A stretch of 64,000 nucleotides of DNA from Burkholderiales bacterium (GCA_019635015.1 JAHCAG010000009.1:53735-117734), one strand, 5' to 3'; counted from the first letter of the stretch, positions 1 through 9,447 are shown. Notes: a model not told the origin generated them from the letters alone. Numbers and translations are program-made.

Positions 1-126
1 AATGGCGGACAGTGGGAGCGGCTGGCCGGCGGACGGGATTGCGCATTGCCAAGGATCGGCGCTGGCGGTGGAACTCGCCATACAGAGCGCGGTGAGGGTT
101 ACAAGGCGGGATGTGGTGCTTTTCAT
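1..126 (-). CDS. hypothetical exported protein, N-terminal fragment (gene runs off the left edge)
   Basis: Minus-strand ATG at 124-126 is preceded by AGGAAA 7 nt upstream. It translates to MKSTTSRLVTLTALCMASSTASADPW..., which is signal-peptide-like with high GC3. Below the ORF-track size cutoff. Competes with the plus-strand ORF 2..208. Confidence 0.35.
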   Translation of the reverse strand, partial: MKSTTSRLVTLTALCMASSTASADPWQCAIPSAGQPLPLSAI

Positions 127-255
127 GATGCGGTTTCCTAGTATGAGGCGATGCCGGATTCGATATCGACGGACGCATCATGAAAGTCCGTGGCTGAACT
201 GGTGCTGAGCGCCCTGTTCATCTGGCATTCAGCTGATTTTGCTTATAGTGTGAAG

Positions 256-585
256 ATGAAATCCAGGATCGGGATCATGCTGGCGCTGGCGCTGGCGCTG
301 GCGCCCGCTGCGGTGATTGCCGACGGCGGTTCTGAACGCGCCTGGCGCGCCCTCAAGGCGGGGGAAATATTGCCGCTTACGCGCATCCTCGAAGTAGTGC
401 ACCGCGATTTCGCCGGAGACGTGATCGAGGTCGAGCTGGAACGCTCGGATGGCCGCTGGATCTACGAGATCAAGCTGCTGTCGACCAAGGGTGCGGTCAT
501 CGAACTGGATTACGACGCACGGGATGCCCGTCTGCTGAGGACCAAGGGTTCGGGTGTAGGCGCAGCGCGCCGGAGCAACCGGTAA
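256..585 (+). CDS. PepSY domain-containing periplasmic protein
   Basis: Signal peptide MKSRIGIMLALALALAPAAVIADG, then a PepSY-like segment (ILEVVHRDFAGDVIEVELERSDGRWIYEIKLLSTKGAVIELDYDA). Stop overlaps the downstream response-regulator start (TAATG). Internal ATG at 256 preferred over the GTG at 190. Confidence 0.7.
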   Translation: MKSRIGIMLALALALAPAAVIADGGSERAWRALKAGEILPLTRILEVVHRDFAGDVIEVELERSDGRWIYEIKLLSTKGAVIELDYDARDARLLRTKGSGVGAARRSNR

Positions 586-1259
586 TGCGTGTCTTGCTGG
601 TCGAGGATGAACCGCGCCTGTCGGCGCAGATCCGTTCTGCGCTGGAGACGGCGGGCTTCGCTGTCGATGCGGTGGCCGACGGACTCGAAGCATGGCACTG
701 CGGGCGCAATGAACCTTATGATGTCGTGATACTGGATCTGGGATTGCCCGGCATGGACGGGTTGTCCCTGCTTCGGCGGTGGCGCTCCGAAGCGGTGGCT
801 TTTCCGGTGATTGTGCTGACGGCCCGGGCGGGTTGGACGGAGCGGGTCGAGGGTATTGATGCCGGCGCCGATGATTACCTACCTAAACCATTTCGCATGG
901 AGGAGTTGCTGGCCCGCGTACGCGCTTTGATCCGGCGCGCGCACGGCTTTTCGGCGGCCGAACTCGTCTGCGGCGATCTGCGGCTGGATACGCGGTTCGC
1001 GCGGGTTACGCTCAACGGAGAAGCGGTCCCACTGACCGCGCACGAGTTCAAGATACTTTCTTATCTGATGCATCATCCCGGTGCGGTGGTCAGCCGCACC
1101 GAGCTTATCGAGCACATTTATTCTCAGGATTTCGACCGCGACAGCAACACGATCGAGGTATTCATCGGCAGGCTGCGCCGTAAGCTTGGTGCTCAGCGGA
1201 TAGAAACAGTCCGGGGTCTGGGCTATCGCCTGTCTTCCGGGCGCGGAGCCGATGCGTAA
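585..1259 (+). CDS. OmpR/PhoB-family response regulator (receiver + winged-helix)
   Basis: MRVLLVEDE...ILDLGLPGMDG receiver motifs; C-terminal LTAHEFKILSYLM...IEVFIGRLRRKL...TVRGLGYRL winged helix. Confidence 0.9.
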   Translation: MRVLLVEDEPRLSAQIRSALETAGFAVDAVADGLEAWHCGRNEPYDVVILDLGLPGMDGLSLLRRWRSEAVAFPVIVLTARAGWTERVEGIDAGADDYLPKPFRMEELLARVRALIRRAHGFSAAELVCGDLRLDTRFARVTLNGEAVPLTAHEFKILSYLMHHPGAVVSRTELIEHIYSQDFDRDSNTIEVFIGRLRRKLGAQRIETVRGLGYRLSSGRGADA

Positions 1260-2589
1260 TTCCCTGGCGCTGCGCCTGATCGGCGGGGCATCCATCTGGC
1301 TGGCCGTCGCGCTCGCACTATCTGGATTCGGGCTTTCCGAAGTCTTCGAACGTCAGGTGACTGCGACTTATCAACGTCAACTGACACAGCAGGTGGACCG
1401 GCTGGCGGCCGGTCTTCAATGGACACCCGGGGGCACGCTGTCACTGGTGGCTCCGCCCTCTGATCCCGCGTACCGGCGGCCTTATTCAGGCCGCTATTGG
1501 CAGGTCTCCGGAGAGGGCGAGATCGTCATGCGTTCCGATTCCCTGTGGGATCAGTCGTTGGTTTTGCCCGAGCCCTCCGGCCCCCTGGGAGAAGTGGGGC
1601 GTCATGTGGTGCCCGGACCCGCGGACCAGTCGCTGCTGCTGGCCGAACGCAGCGTGGCACTGGTCGGCCGGGACGTCCCTGTCCGGCTTGCGGTTGCCGT
1701 TGATCGCGCCGAACTCGCCACGGCCAATGCGGAATTCAACCGCCTGCTGAGCGCGTCCCTGCTGATTCTCGGTCTTGGACTGATACTGGCGGTGGCCGTG
1801 CAGATCATGTTCGGGTTGTGGCCTCTCAAACGTCTGCAGCGCTCCCTTGCGATGCTGCGCAACCGACGCCAGCAGCGGTTGAGCGGCTCATGGCCTGTCG
1901 AGGTGCGTCCCCTTGTCGATGAAATCAACGAATTGCTGGAGCGGGACGAGGCCCTGCTGGAACGCACGCGGCGCCAGGCGGCCGATCTGGCCCATGGACT
2001 GAAAACACCGCTGGCGGTACTGGCCAACGAGGCCGGCTGCGGAGATGGTGCCTTGCACGAGGAAGTCGGCCGCCAGGTGGATGCGATGCGCAAACAGATC
2101 GAACGCCATCTGGCGCGGGCCCGCACTGCGGGGCTGACCGCGAAGAATGCCGGGGTGGTCGATGCAACAGGCACGATCAGGGAACTGGCCCGGACTCTGA
2201 CCCGGATACATGGGGAAAAGCCGCTGGATTTCGAGATCGTAGGGACCGGACATTTTGCCGGAGACCGCCAGGATTTTGCCGAGATGCTGGGCAATCTGAT
2301 GGAAAACGCCTGCCGCTGGGCGAAAAGACGAATCGCCGTTTCCCTTCATGAATTTGGCGGGAGGTTGCGCATCACTATCGACGATGATGGTCCCGGCATG
2401 ACCAGTGAACAGCGGGAGCAGGCGCTGGAGCGCTATGGCCGTCTGGACGAATCCGCGCCCGGCAGCGGACTTGGTCTGGCTATAGCGGTCGACATTGCAT
2501 CGATGTACGGCGGCAGTCTTTCGCTTGATCGTGCCGCATCGGGCGGCCTGCGTGTCGTGCTGGAATTGCCTGCACACCCGCCGGCTTGA
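1252..2589 (+). CDS. two-component sensor histidine kinase (partner of 585..1259)
   Basis: 8-nt overlap with the regulator gene. Two TM segments, HAMP-like region, H-box AADLAHGLKTPL, N box LGNLMENACRWA, G boxes DDDGPGM and GSGLGLAI. Confidence 0.9.
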   Translation: MRNSLALRLIGGASIWLAVALALSGFGLSEVFERQVTATYQRQLTQQVDRLAAGLQWTPGGTLSLVAPPSDPAYRRPYSGRYWQVSGEGEIVMRSDSLWDQSLVLPEPSGPLGEVGRHVVPGPADQSLLLAERSVALVGRDVPVRLAVAVDRAELATANAEFNRLLSASLLILGLGLILAVAVQIMFGLWPLKRLQRSLAMLRNRRQQRLSGSWPVEVRPLVDEINELLERDEALLERTRRQAADLAHGLKTPLAVLANEAGCGDGALHEEVGRQVDAMRKQIERHLARARTAGLTAKNAGVVDATGTIRELARTLTRIHGEKPLDFEIVGTGHFAGDRQDFAEMLGNLMENACRWAKRRIAVSLHEFGGRLRITIDDDGPGMTSEQREQALERYGRLDESAPGSGLGLAIAVDIASMYGGSLSLDRAASGGLRVVLELPAHPPA

Positions 2590-2720
2590 TCATCGGCGTC
2601 GAAAATTACGGCGATGCAGTCTGCTTAAGCAGCTCAAACAACACCTTAAGCGGCAGTCGTTCTTGAGGGATTCTTCGGCGGCTACCGCCGGTTTTCTACC
2701 CGGCCGTGCTGCGTCGAACT

Positions 2721-2905
2721 CTAGAACCTGTTATGAACCTGAAAATTAATCAGGTAAATCAGAGAGATGCTTTCCCTCACCTCCTGCCCCTCTCCCGAAG
2801 GGAGAGGGGGTAAAGCCCTTCTCCCTCCGGGACCAGGGAACACTGGAAGCGGAGCAGAAGGGTTGGGATGAGGGAAGATTTTTGCAAGTTTATAACAGGC
2901 TCTAG
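2721..2905. mobile_element. MITE-like 185-bp element bounded by 21-bp imperfect inverted repeats
   Basis: CTAGAACCTGTTATGAACCTG (2721-2741) matches the reverse complement of 2885-2905 (CTAGAGCCTGTTATAAACTTG) at 18/21. Interior has a further complementary pair (TTCCCTCA / TGAGGGAA) and a central hairpin CCCCTCTCCC-GAAG-GGAGAGGGG (about 2788-2810). No credible CDS inside. Confidence 0.5.
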
Positions 2906-3219
2906 GCGGATCGTAATGGTGCGGATGATGCTGTCCGCAAAGGGCCCGGCTCGACACACCGGCTTGCCGGACATCCTGCGCGCCATCGGTGGGCAGATCT
3001 GTTGCGACGGCGAGTTTCCTGCCTTCAACTATTCCTTGCCGGCAAAAGGCCAGCATACCCGCGATTTGCTGGCGGAAATTCGGATACGGGCCTGCAGAGA
3101 TCGAGGGTTTCCTGCGCACTGGCAGCGCCTTCGTCGAGGCTGGCTGAACGGAGCGCGGCGGGCTCAGGATGGCGCCGGACAGGCGATAATAGGCATTCGA
3201 AAATCCGCCTTATTCGCCA

Positions 3220-4134
3220 GTGGCCAAATCCGGAAAAATCACCGATTCCCTCGACCAGTTCGCTGATCTGTTGCCGGGCTTTCTCTACCAGCTTGAGCGC
3301 AGCCCGGCGGGCGTATTCCGCTACCGTTACGTCAGTTCAGGCATGCAGCGCATCCTCGGCGTGTCGCCTGCCGAGGCACTGGCCGATGCCGACGGTGTGC
3401 TGGCGATGATCCATCCGGATGATATCGACCGGGTGATCGAGGAAAGCATGCAGACCGCGGCCGAACTGCGGCCCTGGCGCAGTGAGTTCCGCATGCGCGC
3501 GCGGGATGGCCGGCTGATCTGGATCGAGGCGCAGGACCTGCCGGTGAAGGAGCCTGACGGCACGATTCTCTGGAGCGGTTACGCCAACGACGTTTCGGAA
3601 AAGAAGCTGCTGGAGCAGAAGATCCGCGATCTCGCGCGTTTCGACGGGCTGACGGGATTGCCCAATCGCCAGAACTTCATCGACCTTGTCGAGAACAACC
3701 TGTTGCGGGCGCGCCGCAACCGCAGCCGCTTTGCGCTGTTTTTTGTCGACCTCGACCGTTTCAAGCCGGTAAACGACAGCTGCGGGCACGCGGCGGGCGA
3801 TGAGCTGCTGAAGGCCGTGGCGGCAAGGCTGCGCGGGGCTCTGCGCGAATCGGATATCGTCGGGCGCTTCGGGGGTGACGAATTCCTGGTTCTGCTGCCG
3901 GATATCGCGCAGCCCGCGGACGCCGTGGGCGTTGCGGAAAAAATCGGCGCGGCACTGGACCGGACTTTTGAACTTCCCTGCGGGCAATTCAGCATTTCTT
4001 CCAGCATCGGCATCGCGATCTATCCGGATAACGGCAGAGCCGTCGACAGGCTGATCGAGAATGCCGATCTTGCGATGTACGAGGTGAAGAAGGACGGTGG
4101 CGGCAGTTACCGGTTTTCGGTTGCCGCAGGCTGA
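3220..4134 (+). CDS. PAS domain-containing diguanylate cyclase (GGDEF)
   Basis: N-terminal PAS-like region (FLYQLERSPAGVFRYRYVSSGMQRILG...WIEAQD), then the GGDEF domain (DGLTGLPNR ... RFGGDEFLVLL). GTG start. Confidence 0.9.
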   Translation: MAKSGKITDSLDQFADLLPGFLYQLERSPAGVFRYRYVSSGMQRILGVSPAEALADADGVLAMIHPDDIDRVIEESMQTAAELRPWRSEFRMRARDGRLIWIEAQDLPVKEPDGTILWSGYANDVSEKKLLEQKIRDLARFDGLTGLPNRQNFIDLVENNLLRARRNRSRFALFFVDLDRFKPVNDSCGHAAGDELLKAVAARLRGALRESDIVGRFGGDEFLVLLPDIAQPADAVGVAEKIGAALDRTFELPCGQFSISSSIGIAIYPDNGRAVDRLIENADLAMYEVKKDGGGSYRFSVAAG

Positions 4135-7100
4135 GGTGCCACGGCGGCAACTGAGGGCATCGGCTCGAAGGACAGTTTCAGCGGCACGCCGTTCTTGATG
4201 GTTTCTTCGGCGGCTGCCGCCGGCTTCCCGCCCAGTCGCGCCGCATCGAACTTGAGGCGGGTGGTGAATGCACGCACGATGCTGTCCGCGCGCGATTGCG
4301 CCAGCTCCGGCAATGTGCTGTCCGCCAGCGGCTGCAGTTCGATCAGCCGCTGGTGCATCGCAACGTAGAGTTCGCGATCACCGGCCCCGCGGCTCATCAC
4401 CGCCAGCACCGGATTGACGCGCGGGGCCTCGCGCCCGGCGGTCTTGCGGTAGGTCTCGGTGAACTGCGCAACCGCGTTGCCGCCGGCGCGCGCTTCCAGC
4501 ATCATTTCCAGCGCGCGTTGGGTCTTGGCATTGTCGAAGCCGACCGGCCCCGGGTCTTCGCCGGGGGCAAGCTTGAGCCCCTCGCGCGTGGCGAGGTCGG
4601 CGCGCACGGCCAGCGCGCGCAATGCACGGCTGTCGCTGTCCTTGTGATACAGGCCCTGAATGACCAGCTTGAGTTGCGGCCGCTTCTGCAGGCCTTCCGC
4701 GACGCGGCGCAGCTTCTCGTACTCGGTGGGCAGGATGCGCGCGCTGCCCGGATCGAACACGATGTCGCCGAGATCCTCGGCATTGCCGCCGAACAGGGCG
4801 CCGAGCGCGCGGAAGGGCGCGGTGACGATGCGCGTGATCACCGTGCGGATCGCCTGCCAGACGACATGTCCGTAGCTGAATTCGGGATTGTCGACATCGC
4901 CGCTGACCGGAATCGCGAGATCGATCCTGCCGCTGCTGTCGGTCAGCAGCGCGATGGCGAGGTCCAGCGGCAGGTTGACAGCAGTCGGGCTTTCGACACG
5001 TTCGCCGAGCGTGAACTGTTCCAGCAACACCTTGTTGTCGCCGGCCAGCTTGCTGTTGTCGAGCTTGTATTGCAGGTCGAGTGACAGCTTGCCGGAGGCG
5101 ATCTTGCGGCCGGCGAAGGTGGCGGTGTACGGGCTCATCGGTGTCAACTCGACGTTGCGGAAAACAACCGCGATATCGGTGAATTTTTTCGGCGCAAAGG
5201 GCTGGATCGCGCCTTCGGCCCGGGCCAGGCCGTAATCCTCGATGCGGCCTTCAAACTTGAGGCTGGCGCGCGACTCCGGGGCGGAGGACAGCCCGCTGAT
5301 CGACCCGCCCAGTGACTGGATGTAGGTCGAGAACGGCAGCACCAGGCTAAGGTCGGTGAAATCCATGTTGCCGCGCTCGACGCTGACGCGGTCGATGTTC
5401 ACGGCGAGCCCGGATCCCGCGGCAGGGTCTGCTGCGGCAGCCTTTGTCGGTGCAGGACGGCGGATGGCGGCGAGGTTGGTGCTGCGGTCCTTGTTGATGA
5501 CCAGCCGGGCGTAGGGGCGTGACAGACTCAGCTGGGAAACGGAAAGGCGGTTGTCGCCGCTGTTGTAGTCGATGCCGCTGGCGGCGAAACGCTGCCAGCT
5601 GAACAGTTTTTCGTTGCTGGCCGCGGTTTTGAGTTCGAGGTCATTGATGGTCGCGTCGCCGGCATAATGCACGGCCGGCTGTTTCGCGCTGCTCCAGCGC
5701 AGCTGCCCGCTGCTGCCGGCCTGGCCCGATACCAGGGTCAGCGTGGTCTGCTGCCGCAGCACGGTTTCCAGCGGTGCCAGCGCAAGTCCGGCCAGTTCGA
5801 GTTTCAGGTCGCCCGCCTGCTGTTTCAGGTCGACGCTGCCTTTTGCGCGCAGCGTGCCACCCTGTTTCACCTGCAGCGACAGTTCCAGCGCAAGGGGTTT
5901 CTCCGGCGGCATCGACAGCGACCCGGCACTGACGCTGATTTTTTCGAGCTCGTAGGCGAGCGGCGGCTGGAAACCCTGGTCGCTCAGTGCGACCGTGTAA
6001 TCCGACAGTTCGATCCGGTCGATCACGGTGGAGAAACCGGTCTTTTCAGTCGGTGAATCTTTCAGCGGTGCAAACATGCGCAGCAGGGGAAAGGCGCCTT
6101 CTGCATCACGCATGACCTCGCTGCGGCCGCCGCTAAGGCGGATGTTCTCCACGCGGATGGCCTGTTTCTGCAGGTCGAAGCTGCCTCCCGCCAGCTCGGC
6201 GGAGGCCAGCGTCAGCGGCGCTTCCTTCGCGTCGCCGGGAATCGCCTGCAGTTCACGCAGGGCGATGCTGCCTTCGGTCACGCTCACCTGGAGTTGTCCG
6301 CCGGTGCGGGCTTCGAGTCCGAAACCGGCCTCGGCCTGCGCGACCTGCAGCCGTAGCGGTGCAACGCGGCTGTGGTCTGTGATCGACAGGGCCAGCGGAC
6401 CGATCGCGACTTTGGGCAGTGACAGCTGCCAGGCGGGGCGGGGTGCCGTTGCGGATTCCGCCGTGTCCGGTTCCGTCGGCTTTCCGGTGTTTGCGGGTTC
6501 GCGCACAAGGCGGCCCCAATCGGGGCTGCCGTCCCGGTCGAGCGCGAGATTGATCTTCCCTTCGCCGATCCGGACCTGCCCGAAGGCGACGCTGCGTTTC
6601 TGCAGATCGAAACTGCCGTTCTCCAGCGCCAGCGCGGCAAGCCCGGCGAGCTGCTCACCGCCGGGTTTTGCGAGGGCAAGATCCTTGAGGCGGAAGCTCA
6701 GGTCTTCGGCCCGCAGGTCGAGGGCGCCCTCGCGGTAACCCAGTTGGTAACTCAACCCGATCGTGAAGGCGCCAGCCGGTTCGGCCAGTGCCAGCCGGTC
6801 CTGCGCGAAGCGCCACAGCGTCGCCAGCTTGCCCTCCTTCAGTTCGAGTGAACCCGAGGAGTCAAAGGGAGCCAGTGACAGCTTGCCCTGCCATTGCAGG
6901 CTGCCGCCGCCGGGCAGTCGGGCACTGAGCCGGTGTTCACCGTCATGATCCGGCAGTGTCGCCAGGTCCTGGATTTCGAAATCGACCGGATCGAAGCGTG
7001 CCACGGCGGCCGGCTGCAGCGTCTGGTCGGTGAAGCGGAAAACGCCGCCGCTGATGACGACATGCTGCAGCAGCAGGCGCGGTGTTTTGCTGGGTTCGGC

Positions 7101-7538
7101 CGGTTTTTCTGTGGCCTGTCCGCTGCGGGGTGCGAACAGGCGTGCGATGTTCAGGCTTTCCCGGACATCAAGCTCGGCATTGACCACCGGCTGTTCCAGC
7201 CGGATTTCGCGGAAGGTCCAGGCCCAGCGCAGCAGGCTGCTGGTTTCGAAATCGACGAACAGCCGGCGGATGCTGAATACCGGATCGCCCGTTTTTTCGG
7301 CGATCGTCAGATCATTTGCTTCGACAGTCAGCAGGAAGGGATTGATTCGCACCGTGCCGACGGAGCCCTGGGCGCCGAACTGCTGTTCGACCAGTCCGGG
7401 CAGCTGGTGGCGGACCAGCCAGGGCGCGGCGAAAAAACCGAGCAGGGTGTAGAGCAGCAGCAGGGCACCGGCGACCAGTGCCGGTTTCGACAGCAGCAGT
7501 GTGCGCAGGCGGGCGTAGCGGGGAGCAGTCTCGCTCAT
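4107..7538 (-). CDS. DUF748 domain-containing large envelope protein (AsmA-like family)
   Basis: 1143 aa with a single N-terminal TM helix (PALVAGALLLLYTLLGFFAAPWLV), followed by a long repetitive beta-rich sequence typical of DUF748/AsmA-like proteins. Family assignment is from memory of the family, not from a search. Confidence 0.6.
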   Translation of the reverse strand: MSETAPRYARLRTLLLSKPALVAGALLLLYTLLGFFAAPWLVRHQLPGLVEQQFGAQGSVGTVRINPFLLTVEANDLTIAEKTGDPVFSIRRLFVDFETSSLLRWAWTFREIRLEQPVVNAELDVRESLNIARLFAPRSGQATEKPAEPSKTPRLLLQHVVISGGVFRFTDQTLQPAAVARFDPVDFEIQDLATLPDHDGEHRLSARLPGGGSLQWQGKLSLAPFDSSGSLELKEGKLATLWRFAQDRLALAEPAGAFTIGLSYQLGYREGALDLRAEDLSFRLKDLALAKPGGEQLAGLAALALENGSFDLQKRSVAFGQVRIGEGKINLALDRDGSPDWGRLVREPANTGKPTEPDTAESATAPRPAWQLSLPKVAIGPLALSITDHSRVAPLRLQVAQAEAGFGLEARTGGQLQVSVTEGSIALRELQAIPGDAKEAPLTLASAELAGGSFDLQKQAIRVENIRLSGGRSEVMRDAEGAFPLLRMFAPLKDSPTEKTGFSTVIDRIELSDYTVALSDQGFQPPLAYELEKISVSAGSLSMPPEKPLALELSLQVKQGGTLRAKGSVDLKQQAGDLKLELAGLALAPLETVLRQQTTLTLVSGQAGSSGQLRWSSAKQPAVHYAGDATINDLELKTAASNEKLFSWQRFAASGIDYNSGDNRLSVSQLSLSRPYARLVINKDRSTNLAAIRRPAPTKAAAADPAAGSGLAVNIDRVSVERGNMDFTDLSLVLPFSTYIQSLGGSISGLSSAPESRASLKFEGRIEDYGLARAEGAIQPFAPKKFTDIAVVFRNVELTPMSPYTATFAGRKIASGKLSLDLQYKLDNSKLAGDNKVLLEQFTLGERVESPTAVNLPLDLAIALLTDSSGRIDLAIPVSGDVDNPEFSYGHVVWQAIRTVITRIVTAPFRALGALFGGNAEDLGDIVFDPGSARILPTEYEKLRRVAEGLQKRPQLKLVIQGLYHKDSDSRALRALAVRADLATREGLKLAPGEDPGPVGFDNAKTQRALEMMLEARAGGNAVAQFTETYRKTAGREAPRVNPVLAVMSRGAGDRELYVAMHQRLIELQPLADSTLPELAQSRADSIVRAFTTRLKFDAARLGGKPAAAAEETIKNGVPLKLSFEPMPSVAAVAPQPAATENR

Positions 7539-7553
7539 CGCTGCGCCGCCGCC

Positions 7554-8483
7554 TCAATCCTTGTCGGCGTGCAGGATGCCGAAGCCGGCCTGCAGCGCCC
7601 GCTCGATGCGGGATTTTTCTTTTTTGATCTTGTCGTCGTCCCAGTCCCACATGCCGGCCTTGGCCTTCATGCCGGTGCGACCCCTGGCCACCATGTCCTT
7701 CAGGAATTGCGGCGGCACCTGCTCGGTGTGCAGGTGCGGATACAGCGCCTCGCCGACCAGGTAATTGGTGTCCCAGCCCGACATTTCCTTCTGCATCATC
7801 GGTCCGCAGGCGATGAAACGGAAGCCGAAGCCCTGGCGCACGGCGGTGTCGATGCCTTCGGCATCGGTGACACCATCGGCGATCAGGTACAGCGCCTCGC
7901 GCATCATCGCGTGCTGCAGGCGATTGCCGACAAAACCGGGCACGTCCTTCTTCACCCAGATCGGCGCCTTGTTGAGATCCTTCAGCAGTTGCACCAGGCC
8001 TTCGGCGACCTTCGCATCCGTCAGCGCCGAACTGACGACTTCCACCAGCGGCACCAGGTGCGCCGGCATGAAGAAATGCAGGCCGGCAACGCGCTGCGGA
8101 TGTTTCAGTCCTTTTGCGATTTCCCCGATGGGGAAGTTCGAGGTGTTGCTGGCCAGCGGAATGTCCGGCTTTGCCAGCGCTTCGATTTCCGCGAACAGTT
8201 TCTGCTTCAGCGGCAGGTCCTCGGTGGCGGCCTCGACCACGATGCCGACGCCGGACCAGGGAATGGCCTTCAGTTCGGAGTAAGCGTGCACCGCGGCGGC
8301 ATGGCCTGCCGGTGCGCCGAGTTTGGCGAGGCCTGCGGCAATGCGTCCCGGCAAGGCTTCGCGTGTTTTCGGCGAGGGGCTCATGACATGGACGGTCCAG
8401 CCATGGGCCGCAAACACGGTGGCGATGTCGCCGCCCATGATGCCGCCACCGATGACCACCGCATGTTTGCTGTTTCCGGACAT
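7554..8483 (-). CDS. 3-hydroxyacyl-CoA dehydrogenase family protein (NAD-binding)
   Basis: Rossmann motif VVIGGGIMGGDIA at the N-terminus after choosing the internal ATG at 8483. LASNTSNFPI, HFFMPAHLVPLVEV and PGFVGNRL motifs typical of HBD/HADH enzymes. Confidence 0.8.
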   Translation of the reverse strand: MSGNSKHAVVIGGGIMGGDIATVFAAHGWTVHVMSPSPKTREALPGRIAAGLAKLGAPAGHAAAVHAYSELKAIPWSGVGIVVEAATEDLPLKQKLFAEIEALAKPDIPLASNTSNFPIGEIAKGLKHPQRVAGLHFFMPAHLVPLVEVVSSALTDAKVAEGLVQLLKDLNKAPIWVKKDVPGFVGNRLQHAMMREALYLIADGVTDAEGIDTAVRQGFGFRFIACGPMMQKEMSGWDTNYLVGEALYPHLHTEQVPPQFLKDMVARGRTGMKAKAGMWDWDDDKIKKEKSRIERALQAGFGILHADKD

Positions 8484-8619
8484 GAAAATTCCTTGTGGAG
8501 TGTTGCGGGCGTTCGGGTTCGGACGATTATATCGCCGAAGACAATCAGCCCCCTTCGGGCGCCGGCAGTGCCTGAAGGGAGTGTCTGTGACAGCAGGCGG
8601 CGGGGAAGCCGCGCAGGAC

Positions 8620-9447
8620 TTACTTGACCAGCGATGCACTCCACGGAGTGGCCGGTGCATCCGGACGTGCCCGCATCGTGCCCTGCATCGAAGAGCCGCT
8701 GACACGGCCGGTGTAGCTTGCGTTGCCGATGCTGAAGCTGATCTGGTCGCCGCGCAGGTTGCTGCTGGTGACGCGCCAGCTCATGCCGTCAGTGTTGCGG
8801 AAACTGCCGTCGAAATCCTGGAATTTCTGTTTCAGCTCCAGCGAGCCATTGTCCATTTTCCAGGTGCCTTCGACTTTTGCCGGCACGATCCACAGGTAGG
8901 CGGTGCGGCCCTCGGTGGAATCGGTCTGGTCCGGCGCCCAGTCGTCCATCGTGAAGGCATGCGACACCACGCGGGTGCCGGGCTTCATGTTGAGGATCGT
9001 CGGCCGCAGCTTGAGATTGAGGTAAGGCAGCAGGTACATGGTCAGCACGGTGGCATGGCTGAAATCGGTGGCAAAGATGTCGCCGCGGATGAACTGCGTC
9101 TTGTCGGCCACGCCTTCCTTCTGCGCATTGCGTTTCGACAGCTCGACCATGTCCGGGTTGTACTCGATGCCGGTGGCGCGCACGCCGAACTGCTTGGCTG
9201 CCGTGATCACGGTGATGCCGTCGCCGGAGCCGAGATCGAACACCACATCCGTGGGTTTGACATCGGCCATCTTGAGCATTTTTTCGACCAGGCTTTTCGG
9301 GGTCGGCACCCAGATCACGTCCTTGCCGGCCTGGCCGACCTGCGGCTTGAATTCGGTGCCGCTGGTCTGTGCCTGTGCGGGAACAGCCAGTGTTGCCGCT
9401 GCGATGAGCAGCGTGGTCAAAACGGTGTGACGGACAATCGACTGCAT
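8620..9447 (-). CDS. class I SAM-dependent methyltransferase with N-terminal signal peptide/anchor and an extra C-terminal beta-rich domain
   Basis: GGAG 6 nt upstream of the ATG at 9447. MQSIVRHTVLTTLLIAAATLAVPAQAQ signal-like N-terminus. SAM motif I VFDLGSGDGITVI, then GIEYNPDMV and FIRGDIF. About 100 aa C-terminal extension of unknown function. Confidence 0.7.
   Translation of the reverse strand: MQSIVRHTVLTTLLIAAATLAVPAQAQTSGTEFKPQVGQAGKDVIWVPTPKSLVEKMLKMADVKPTDVVFDLGSGDGITVITAAKQFGVRATGIEYNPDMVELSKRNAQKEGVADKTQFIRGDIFATDFSHATVLTMYLLPYLNLKLRPTILNMKPGTRVVSHAFTMDDWAPDQTDSTEGRTAYLWIVPAKVEGTWKMDNGSLELKQKFQDFDGSFRNTDGMSWRVTSSNLRGDQISFSIGNASYTGRVSGSSMQGTMRARPDAPATPWSASLVK

Noticed and set aside
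2-208. 68-aa plus-strand ORF at the left edge.
   Set aside because: No motif, no RBS, and Arg-rich junk at its C-terminus. The opposite strand offers an SD-preceded, signal-peptide-like start at 126, so I favour that, although only with low confidence.
2868-3266. 132-aa plus-strand ORF, and the overlapping 132-aa minus-strand ORF 2721..3119, in the kinase/GGDEF gap.
   Set aside because: Both run through the MITE-like element or into the GGDEF gene in another frame. Neither shows a recognisable family or RBS, and GC3 is similar on both strands, so I cannot support either as a gene. The region is flagged as a possible remnant in the findings.
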